Source: Candidatus Heimdallarchaeota archaeon (lineage in GTDB: Archaea > Asgardarchaeota > Heimdallarchaeia > Heimdallarchaeales > Heimdallarchaeaceae). Taken from it: a DNA stretch of 64,000 bases. Of this stretch, positions 51,301 through 56,592 are shown in pieces. Below the pieces are notes generated by a model. It saw only the letters and a program-made list of their open reading frames with translations. It did no database searches and had not been told where the DNA came from. The stretch lies in NCBI GenBank assembly GCA_018238545.1, contig JABCTC010000003.1, forward strand, positions 1 through 64,000. Direction: 5' to 3'. Position numbers and translations under genes: made by a program. The number at the start of each line of letters is the position of its first letter. Position 1 is the first letter of the stretch.

Positions 51301-52059
51301 ATGAAACTTTCGCAGAAAGATCAAATTATTCTGAAAGAAACACTTACCTACTTAACAACCGATGATGTGGGACGATTGGAACAAGATAACATCACATCTA
51401 TCCAACAATTATTGTTCCTAACAAAGGAAAACAAAACCAGTTCTTCACTCCAACGAAGTAATGTAAAGAAATTCATTCAATTACTTAGTATGCCTTTAAG
51501 TACAATAGACATACAAGAAACAGTTATTAAACAGCTGGAAGTACTCGGCATTAAATTAGTAAAAGATTTTGTTGTTTATCCAGCAGAACCTATGGCTGGC
51601 AAAGTAGACATAAGTTATGTAATGATAAAAAGAATTAAGGGAAGACTTCCTTTGGTTACAAAAAAGAAAGTAAAACAAACTGCCAAAACTTCGACCTTAA
51701 AGAAACCAACAGCTAAAAAATCTGCTACAACTAAGGGAGCTACTCCCGCTAAAAAGCGTTCTTCAACAAAGTCTAAGACCACAAAGAAAACTATAGCTCC
51801 GAAGAAATCAGCAAAAACTCAACAAAAAGCTAAACCAAAGGCTAAACCAAAGGCTAAACCAAAGGCTAAACCAAAGGCTAAACCAAAGGCTAAACCAAAG
51901 GCTAAACCAAAGGCTAAACCAAAGGCTAAACCAAAACCGAAATCCACTAAACAAATGACTTTGATGGATATTAAACCTACTTCCACAAAGAAACCATCTT
52001 CAACTTCAAAAACGAGAAAAAGCTCAAAATCCACTACTAAAAAAGGTGAAAAATCATGA
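39355..52059 (+). CDS. top6B: DNA topoisomerase VI subunit B with about 3,600-aa extension of HhH-like repeats and basic tail (4234 aa)
   Basis: GHKL motifs RELVENGLDA, DNGVG, RGRFGLG; transducer RYANRIPL and STKIPF; one uninterrupted ORF; repeats such as PIEKLDLAKSVTKSLVEAGIVTIDHL. Confidence 0.92.
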   Translation: MSDDTRAKKMSAAAFFNDNKAIAGFGNSMRAVFTSIRELVENGLDAAEIRGVNPVISVDLRKLSSREINDLLDVTQYKKLEKHLDFLQLTCRDNGVGVPSNQIADLFGRVLTGTKYGVIQTRGRFGLGAKMCLLHSMSSVDLPARIKSRYFMDDMTHELHLMIDLERNQPIVMEQREYLSGDPNALEEPGVEISITFTGAWRLAKNSVKEYFRQLAIITPYASFDIKVPGDKEGEYEELHYVNVVDDMPSPPQHVKIHPWGCDITQFKSELSSTKAKKMKKFLAEHFMGVTEEIAEDFFQLLEIDPNKSPSNITSKEIRRIVHEGFVKAYQEAKDVKRKRDRIFQFDPPRGDALSPLGAGRLRKGLEKELQPKFVEAVTRPPKAYSGHPFAIEATMGYGGGVNEAAQAKGTTVHDNKIIYRYANRIPLIFGAGNDVITQVVSSIRWNDYGLTRQSDPLAIAVSLVSTKIPFPETSKEYISNVPEIEEEIRLALMQLGRRLKTFLSRAKRRKREHARLSRFVKSAPVIIENLTQILEDENLKFTDFRLETDRISAALAHGTPRKVRLYMPIGKRLFGANIWCPNNIQTTLKNNNVESVAEFLLKDSKELVTILQLTESQVYDIKLRTISELDRDNLSPNFDTKTLVSRLVERRFSSEGERKFISLKDALFRRWIQNVYHYLATDFEKLRNVSGMLEKFFETKKDELLNDYLAKGAKTSKNTILTIDKAIATYAKASDLKKEQLYPPFKYLKSETDNVLGEDLSIEEFLYQTVQPTSINYHPEITRTLIEYLKIVFTHIKNKFPAFATTSITKMQPDWTDGYTKNAFHRRKIKTVGDFLNHSTDDLIDIKELERIMYEQYIELITLNTKSVPLNDFSFVEIQQLKEEENRIKRVLAKHGIKTLAQFLSYPSESILLKKFDTLSALLLKESKFKLFTNLHDTNRIINQSYIKVIPKNVETELVKNQIFTTSTFLAKSSVILKKMGMKKKDIEKAKKELGTPLQNWVDHDEILKKCGIVVLEELFFNDASEYNLTTEESKKYTENIIFLRTPLVFVLPELRSSSYLLTEIGINNIGRFLIWSNTELSDILYLSVNEIKALKKKIAFQKQIQSKEELKKDLVLFSRHYPNLVKYFGNETPSIQDLYYAYQSENFSLNTGFWKKLYKLSELSQQEAVDLVHLYPKNFKDIETVKDALLRLKSRNVETIRQFMELQPEIIESKLSNSKERKVALDLYDKILFRRFEGEQELHKQILLLSEYDELQRNFGSPISRIPELTLEELEKFRSHDILAVHQIFDYTVDEIATLLGRDKGSVQHFMESFTLLRKGTPFFEKADRNRYKSLVSFEFEDLERFSSIEIQSLIQAGYASVDQIFYLTHPLTFSSSILNWNVVDKFRKLLRSPLTLVTWEKSVKLKSFDEVKNKEVEVVDIQISTLTTSQLTVLQNQGISRIIDLLVSEPETLSESLNISLDEAKMLQKDIRIIDTGTDLADLDIFKSEIVDQLEENNILTLEDLYFSTTKSKWRVKEVPWDIIMSFKSVLNLPLAHLSDMLDEDIIVALEGANVKTLLGFILTTPESLMNKTGIPDERFETIKRGLDISDIFSYFSLPSYFLPNLTFQQTEILQENGIKSVAEFVNSSPQKINKLIKVTAKQFREITTALTTQNLQALYDEKGIFAFETKLFDKMEQRQLGRDSIFEFDRFQTIQEIYYTLNRDFYSNNQNLWGKVSAIQKVLLLPLHIFTEISEYALEIMSQNSIDFVYQLLFILDADITDPLLFRTVSTYSSKIIEMRAFHYFSKLPASVYNSSYFKKILKDTDNKSLSDVITDEKIIKDLSAKDKQYLYENYNLTLIRSILELPLRITPYFTRIKKVRREEYKNTKIGDVFDIDLEEHSALSSFYSRLLEENSFNKLISQLTIPISSMGLPRELALKLSKSSIGTLLAFYSTPEKQVSEISGFSQKNIREIKDELKYSNIVSIRVSQAHKIKPSSFASEKQIFDLMGRSISDIESLFYSAEHLGISKCLPIENYKKIKEILSGSIRFIGFLSFDEIRRLEYHNINSIIDFALLSKKELFTITQNPIYKEFHVLDLISFDELSEKRIQAAIPLSLCPSIEEDYLDKIKEIGINSIQDFISRMPEIRESHPHLVKLDIFREVQMYLSSVAYIGLPNESVQKLIYSGVGDILSFITEDPSTISLILGISEKQVEKYSKLAVPSNLVTEVDNKGVLLTEFSALSKGRRNSLLKSGKETVQDLFSSRYQAYSQSNISDVLMSEFIESCNVSLYRIEEIEPEIKAKLSKSEITRIIDLLCSTDAELKKALDGKLPKEFKQIRKGQFTLTKGIPLILNEPLQDIIRELNIEPSNKKVEDMFGFVPEFLLQFTESERIEKDKNLAFLEQIVSFLSLNILSLPLFNTTTKLILWNRGIRHVIELLSTNMNTIDGIPFQVISEVRSFQKEFSLTRSMSETLSPYIDDVLILPAKKQAKFQNYGLTNALLFVDFIPHPIFSFTASEQSILRIVSNNMFKPIAWLSSDMSFKIEDMNLLIQNRAINILSALLLLSDQNDTKVLETLSNKYYKSISTYLNSSILQFSAPEWALQLTDTKIITDSNSLKILKKDNISYLDEFLTLESKFLNNPNLVAEILPKLLSLKSLPISSISDLSPSNIQKLKRSRINNVYEFLVFPAPLLSNLLSISVENVNAIKSSIDLSSLEKTAKLTGLDLELFPELSQDSRTILQRRGCVSLNQASKMDLDLIPLLSEDKAILQNLIAMLFTPTTLIGKILKLTKNEIDELLVQNVCTYADLLELPQKTWPAKIRKSLSDKDSDPTYLIKNLQNLEKFGVPIEKLDLAKSVTKSLVEAGIVTIDHLYYLPIAYVSARSKVKQHILEEIKKKLSYNINFLQDISLTTLSVCYSKDSFTIISCLIYWNGLSKDVRTDLEGSLDSIKLIEETSFIEPLTPTETKLKSIGIFSLRSFILSPQIKKEAGLTTKLLPSLLANIRFLNLDPKQSYRLKKTGFTTVADLLLNTSKTISVKSKLGKNAIDEVINNIKIDNLTSLIKSMEREHLHDAFYLNSNDKAFLKSIGVYSLADLNEYTVFDWFVSKQKIQKIKKKINSLLDTNILYYPGITSKQYAEVVEQFFMKDIFTIKDLMISTTVEQSSDLIEFLTIFSTNKPKIQSQYLTSLSFLKGIEAKDLFKIDVKMEKSATINDLIIALYKNSAELTKKGDDVLKQISYPISISSKLNLDEVNILLSKNILSYGDVLTKPSGYWVAFTPVKLKKKLLEILSTITSKTISNDSSKGVQLSNMKIFDANLKKQLTSNFKTLDEVAHAIRIGDSRILKPLERKITKVLSTPISLLKLPKISIKSWKRLLSTASTLEEFYLLTDQELVKIFSSTKEEIVKLKNNLGPDNIVLPPRIKENKIFTSSDVKELSDNSISNYIQIFDKSAEKADLSTSLKDKIAFYKEFDVKQLDENLEETILLKDFVILESYADSLELSRKQKESVKNLSSLLLSRGTYLSKIFDIDSNKDKSGLLNTTIEYFLLIEKYQPKIYSKIIESLPGNISSQFNSLLSYLNRSPILLSGPNLKNINKIVKLPYENVKDLLLLSKEKLVQEIDDTAVQRNIRGLTLSILKSLNSKLTSIPKEFLTAYELNQLKKENIYSFEEALVFNRKSTSKKSKTWLLSEKVRKISTINTLSLSSYLPSSKIQERLLKLKISNVYELVYYCQNTEKEEDLSLCQTVIQSVSSINIEEIEIKERKRFAKFFNDPDILSYLRSQDIRTFGPLVHYLEQLEDETITPEIEKILSVMRFPISVLSENKKLVQKLESEGYNQVIDLLLPAKIQNSLKSNITENQRKVLASLINMFYQEIYQTILKNHYPVSKLTLIDDILQKELIKAGYATVAHLKSPDIIIADTSKLNLQQISRIVRLFDASTYYLSEMLKDYPQSAFVLYSNGINTLWDIFLTGSKEISKITGISVRQVNSYLSTINPQAMKLSQKDQIILKETLTYLTTDDVGRLEQDNITSIQQLLFLTKENKTSSSLQRSNVKKFIQLLSMPLSTIDIQETVIKQLEVLGIKLVKDFVVYPAEPMAGKVDISYVMIKRIKGRLPLVTKKKVKQTAKTSTLKKPTAKKSATTKGATPAKKRSSTKSKTTKKTIAPKKSAKTQQKAKPKAKPKAKPKAKPKAKPKAKPKAKPKAKPKAKPKPKSTKQMTLMDIKPTSTKKPSSTSKTRKSSKSTTKKGEKS
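51829..51936 (+). repeat. Coding 12-bp tandem repeat (gctaaaccaaag)x9 encoding (AKPK)9
   Basis: 8 perfect units plus 1 with a single mismatch. Confidence 0.97.
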
Positions 52060-53465
52060 GTTCAGATTGCAAATTCATTATTAGTAATTCAACAGTTTTA
52101 CCTGCTATTGAGAGAACTGCTTCTTTTGACAAGGATATTCTAGTTCGAGAGATATACAGTTGGGCCAGAGAAACATTTGACCTCAAACGAGGGTCATATG
52201 TACTATTTTTAAGAAGCTTCAAGAAATGGCACAAACTTGAGCCTACAAGAAAATTATCTAGATACAATCTACAAAAAGATACCATGAGTATTAGTGTAAA
52301 AAACACAGTTTCAATCGACAAACTAAAAATCGTTAGAGAAGAATTGAAACATCTAACTGAATACTTGATGCCTTTCGGTGTTACTCACGTAGCAACTAAA
52401 AATTCTCAAGAAACAAACAATCTTCTTGTAGAATATTCTTTAGATTTCCTAAATCAAGCAATGTTATCACCTAATGATGCATCTTTTCAGATTCCATCTA
52501 GAGCTGGTACAAATGTAGGTTTTGATGAGGATCAAGAATTAGTTCTTATTGGTCGTCAAATGATTGATAGACAATTTAGAAATTTAGCTTCAGTTAGTTC
52601 TGTCGAACAAATGACCATTGTTATGAAACTTATTCATGATATTCTATCCAGAGATATTCACAGTACTAAAAGAGATATATTTTACATGAATGTAAATGCA
52701 TTTGATAAACAGTCTGTCTCTGATTCTCTCATAGAAGATGTTGGCGCAATGTTACAGGTTACTCGTTCATCTTTGAATATTAGTGCTTCTTCTAAAGGTA
52801 TTGTTGTTGGGAGGATTAGTTTCAAAGAAAAAGGAGATCTCATAAATTGCCGTGCAATAGGGGCTGGCAAAGCTATTTCCCCTAATATTGATGATATAGA
52901 AAACATGGAAACTGATGCAGAGATGTGTTTAGTTATTGAGAAGGATGCTGTCTTCAATAGGCTAGCTGAGGATCAATTCTATGATTATGTCCCAAGTATC
53001 CTTGTAACAGCAAAAGGTCAACCAGATATAGCTACAAGACAATTTTTGAAGAAGATAAACGATGATCTCAATCTACCTATATTTGCTGTAATGGATGCTG
53101 ATCCTTATGGGTTCGAAATTATGAGAGTATATAGTGTAGGGAGCAAAGCATTGAGTTTTGAATCAAGTCATTTAGCTGTTCCCAGCATTAAATGGTTAGG
53201 TTTACTACCTAGTGATCTCGCTCCTGAAAGTGGATTTGATATTCCGAGAAGTGCTTTAATTAAAATGACTTCCAAAGATCTTCATCGATCTAAACTGATG
53301 CTAGATGAGGAATTTGTTAAAAGAAAGCCAAAATGGAAAGAACAACTAGAAATACAAATAGCAACTGGTTTAAAAGCTGAAATACAGGCTCTTAACGCAA
53401 GAGATCCACAATATATTACCAATTTTTATCTTCCACAAAAAATCGAGGCTGGAGATTTTATCTAA
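52056..53465 (+). CDS. top6A: DNA topoisomerase VI subunit A with N-terminal ubiquitin-like domain
   Basis: KRDIFY (catalytic Tyr), TOPRIM IEKDAVF and DADPYG, KAEIQAL; N-terminal LEPTRKLSRYNLQKD; ATGA overlap with top6B and an AGGTGA SD. Confidence 0.93.
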   Translation: MSSDCKFIISNSTVLPAIERTASFDKDILVREIYSWARETFDLKRGSYVLFLRSFKKWHKLEPTRKLSRYNLQKDTMSISVKNTVSIDKLKIVREELKHLTEYLMPFGVTHVATKNSQETNNLLVEYSLDFLNQAMLSPNDASFQIPSRAGTNVGFDEDQELVLIGRQMIDRQFRNLASVSSVEQMTIVMKLIHDILSRDIHSTKRDIFYMNVNAFDKQSVSDSLIEDVGAMLQVTRSSLNISASSKGIVVGRISFKEKGDLINCRAIGAGKAISPNIDDIENMETDAEMCLVIEKDAVFNRLAEDQFYDYVPSILVTAKGQPDIATRQFLKKINDDLNLPIFAVMDADPYGFEIMRVYSVGSKALSFESSHLAVPSIKWLGLLPSDLAPESGFDIPRSALIKMTSKDLHRSKLMLDEEFVKRKPKWKEQLEIQIATGLKAEIQALNARDPQYITNFYLPQKIEAGDFI

Positions 53466-53525
53466 AATTATGTAAACTAATAGGATAAAAATTATAGGAA
53501 AAAATTAGTGACTTAAAATCCCTAA

Positions 53526-54032
53526 TTATCCCTTTAGAAGTACAATCTCAATTGTGGAAACTGTTTTTGGACCGTATCCTTCTATATCGCTTGGTAATTC
53601 TTCAGATCCTATAACCACTTTATCTATTACTACACTATCTTGTAGAAATTTTCTGCGAGCAATTTCAGCAACATCAACTGCTTTAGAGATTTGTCTCCCG
53701 CGGGCTTGAATTGCGCATTTATCGCGTTTATTTAATATAGTAACTGCAACTAAAACATAACTAATTGTTGGTTTTTTTCCAATGTAAATAATATGACTCT
53801 GCTCTCTGTATTCAGTTTTAGGTTTAGGTTTAGGGGTTTCTTTGGGAGCTTCCTCTTTGACTTCCTCTCTGACTTCCTCTCTGACTTCCTCTCTGACTTC
53901 CTCTCTGACTTCCTCTCTGACTTCCTCTCTGACTTCCTCTTTGACTTCCTCTTTGACTTCCTCTTTGACTTCCTCTTTGACTTCCTCTTTGACTTCCTCT
54001 TTGACTTCTTCCTTAGCTACTTTCTTACTCAT
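53526..54032 (-). CDS. albA: Alba DNA/RNA-binding protein with N-terminal acidic repeat extension
   Basis: IYIGKKP..SYV, ARGRQISKAVDVAE, VSTIEIVL; AGGTGA SD before ATG 54032. Confidence 0.93.
   Translation of the reverse strand: MSKKVAKEEVKEEVKEEVKEEVKEEVKEEVKEEVREEVREEVREEVREEVREEVREEVKEEAPKETPKPKPKTEYREQSHIIYIGKKPTISYVLVAVTILNKRDKCAIQARGRQISKAVDVAEIARRKFLQDSVVIDKVVIGSEELPSDIEGYGPKTVSTIEIVLLKG
53850..54005 (-). repeat. Coding 12-bp tandem repeat x13 encoding (VKEE)6(VREE)6(VKEE)
   Basis: ttcctct(t/c)tgac units on the + strand. Confidence 0.97.
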
Positions 54033-54204
54033 GAACATCACCTATTTTTCTTTTGTCTGTCAAATGTTTCAGTATAAGTAGTATCAAAAAGGTATTGCAA
54101 CGTTAAAAATATTTCCTATTACATTTGTGACAGAAAAGAACAGATAAATACATTAAAGTAGACTACATTACGGGTTTGATATCACCAAAGGATGTTTAAT
54201 AGAT

Positions 54205-56001
54205 TTGAAGCCTCAACGTTTACTAATTGATTCTTTAATAATTGTGCTAAGCATATCATTGCTTACTGCCCTTTCTACTACATTTAGGTGGTTTTTACCC
54301 CTCTATGAAAGTTACATTATAATCTTATATATTTTCGTTGGGATAGGTTTTATCATCTATGGGTGGTTATTAAGACGATGGTTTATTAAGAAGAATCTTG
54401 ATGAGAAAGATGGTTCATTAATACATTTACTGAAGATAATTCTACCAGTATTTAGTTTAATATTGATTTTTACCTTAGTAATTGGTTTATCAAGTCTATC
54501 AGAGATTATTCTCCTTTCAATGATATCTAGTTATTTGCTAAGTATATTTCAAATCTTCATAATATCGATTCTAGTTGGGATTTTCGCGTTTACTTTTATC
54601 GAGAATAATTTAGGAATTCTTCTTTTCAAAGAACCGGTTGCAGAACAAGAAACCGAACTGGGTTTTGGTTTAATGAGAAAACAGCTAAAAAATCTCATGG
54701 ACAAACAATGGAAATATGGTATGATTATTCTTTGGCTTTCTATTATGATTGCAAACATGCTGGTTTTTTTTGTATATCCATCTATACCTTCAAGTGATGT
54801 GGCATTTGGACTACAAAGTCTACATTTTAGTTTTCCAAATATTGCGTTTACATTTAATCCAGAAACAGGCTTTTATCAAGAATTTTTTTCTAGTGTTGCT
54901 CTCCCCTCATCAGCATTGCTAAACTGGAAGTTAATTCAATCTCTCATCAGTCTTACTTTTCTAGGCTTGCTTGTAATGCTAATATATCTACCTCATTCAA
55001 AGCTCCTAATGAACAAAAAGAAGGTTGATGAAAATACAAACAATATAGAGAAAATTCAAGAAAGTGATGAGAAAATAGTTGCTGTTGTAACTTCTTTAAC
55101 CGCTCCTGAAATTATTGAGCACTTTGATGATATAGACCCTGAAATTCTTGCTTATAAAATTCTGTCTCCATTGTCTACAAAAGAATACTTGCCTTCAAAT
55201 ATAATAAATCCTAAACCAAGGAGAAAGTTCTCTAAACTAATAAACAGAATGAAGAATAGTGATGTTATCCCAGTTATGAATTTAGCGAGCTTAAATCTTG
55301 TTGTTGCGGTTTATATAGTTAGTTTATTTCAAAGATTGGGAATAATAACAATTATTGTAAATGATCTGTATCAAGATTCATATGCTCAATTAACACATCT
55401 TTACTGGGCTGGTTTGGCCGAAGAAATATCTTATCGTTTTCTTATTTTTGGTGTCCCATTGTTTATCATCTATGGAGTAGTTTTTCTATTTATTTTCATT
55501 TTAAAGAAGACATTAATCAAAGAGAAGAAAGATGAAGATCTTTCAAGATTTGCATTATGGGTTAAGTCTAGAACACCTATAAACCCCTTACTTTATTTGA
55601 GTGGAAGATGGAAAAAACTGAGGATTCTTGACATTATGTTACTATTATTATCGTCATTTGGTTTTGGTTATGCTCACTACCAGTTTAGCCCAGATTACTG
55701 GGGTACATGGAAAATATTTCAAGCTGGTGTAGCTGGACTTATTTTTGGCTATGCTTTCTGCAAATACGGATTACACGCTGCAATAATTTTACATACAATT
55801 AATGATTTTGTCATAGGAATGATTGTAACTCCTAATCTTGGACTTTTGTTAGATGGTGGTATTCTATTTATGGTTATTATTTTTGCTGGAACGTTAGTTT
55901 TACTAAGTTTAGTGGCAAAGGCACTAACAGTATCTTTTAAATTCATAAATACAACATTAAAAAGAACTCAACCAATTACTGATACCTCTAAACAAAAGTG
56001 A
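54205..56001 (+). CDS. CPBP (Rce1/Abi-type) intramembrane glutamic protease with extra N-terminal TM region
   Basis: EEISYR, FGYAH and HTIND motifs. Confidence 0.85.
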   Translation: MKPQRLLIDSLIIVLSISLLTALSTTFRWFLPLYESYIIILYIFVGIGFIIYGWLLRRWFIKKNLDEKDGSLIHLLKIILPVFSLILIFTLVIGLSSLSEIILLSMISSYLLSIFQIFIISILVGIFAFTFIENNLGILLFKEPVAEQETELGFGLMRKQLKNLMDKQWKYGMIILWLSIMIANMLVFFVYPSIPSSDVAFGLQSLHFSFPNIAFTFNPETGFYQEFFSSVALPSSALLNWKLIQSLISLTFLGLLVMLIYLPHSKLLMNKKKVDENTNNIEKIQESDEKIVAVVTSLTAPEIIEHFDDIDPEILAYKILSPLSTKEYLPSNIINPKPRRKFSKLINRMKNSDVIPVMNLASLNLVVAVYIVSLFQRLGIITIIVNDLYQDSYAQLTHLYWAGLAEEISYRFLIFGVPLFIIYGVVFLFIFILKKTLIKEKKDEDLSRFALWVKSRTPINPLLYLSGRWKKLRILDIMLLLLSSFGFGYAHYQFSPDYWGTWKIFQAGVAGLIFGYAFCKYGLHAAIILHTINDFVIGMIVTPNLGLLLDGGILFMVIIFAGTLVLLSLVAKALTVSFKFINTTLKRTQPITDTSKQK

Positions 56002-56591
56002 AGAACATGAGCTATGGACAAAAATTATTCCTTAAAGTAATTTTAGCTGGAGAAGCGGAAGTAGGAAAAACAAGTTTAAGACGTTCATATCTTGGAGAAG
56101 GATTTGTCAAAAACCATCTTCAAACAATCGGTGCTGATTTTGCTTCATTACCAAAAACAATCAAAGATTATAACGTTCTTTTTCAGATCTGGGACGTAGC
56201 AGGACAAGATATTTTTGAAAACGTCAGGATGATGTACTATAAGGGGACTCTTGGAGCTCTAATGGTATTTGATGCTACAAAGATTGCTACATTTAGAACA
56301 TTAGATCGTTGGATAAAAGAGCTTGAGAAAGGTACAGAAAGAGGGATTGTTCCATTCTTTATACTTGGTAATAAGATGGATTTAGTTACTTCTGCAAAAA
56401 AAACCAAGCTAAAAGCAGAAGTCACTAAGTATATAGCTGCATTAAACAAGAAGTATTCTGATAAGGGATTCACCGTAGAGTATATTGAAACCTCTGCAAA
56501 AACAGGTGAGAATGTCCATTCAGCTTTTGAGCAATTAGGTGTTAAAATTATAGATTACATTCAGCATAGAAAGAAGATGAGGGGGAAATAA
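55998..56591 (+). CDS. Rab-like small GTPase
   Basis: GEAEVGKT, TIGADF, FQIWDVAGQ, YYKG, NKMD, ETSAK. Confidence 0.93.
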   Translation: MKNMSYGQKLFLKVILAGEAEVGKTSLRRSYLGEGFVKNHLQTIGADFASLPKTIKDYNVLFQIWDVAGQDIFENVRMMYYKGTLGALMVFDATKIATFRTLDRWIKELEKGTERGIVPFFILGNKMDLVTSAKKTKLKAEVTKYIAALNKKYSDKGFTVEYIETSAKTGENVHSAFEQLGVKIIDYIQHRKKMRGK

Positions 56592-56592
56592 A

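Noticed and set aside
52056-53465. Meiotic Spo11
   Set aside because: Translationally coupled to a Top6B with intact GHKL motifs, so it is Top6A
51819-54081. 12-bp repeats as CRISPR arrays, and the antisense ORFs (FGLA)n, (SDFL)n and (SSLT)n
   Set aside because: No spacers; the repeats are in frame within top6B and alba, and the antisense ORFs are stop-free shadows of them
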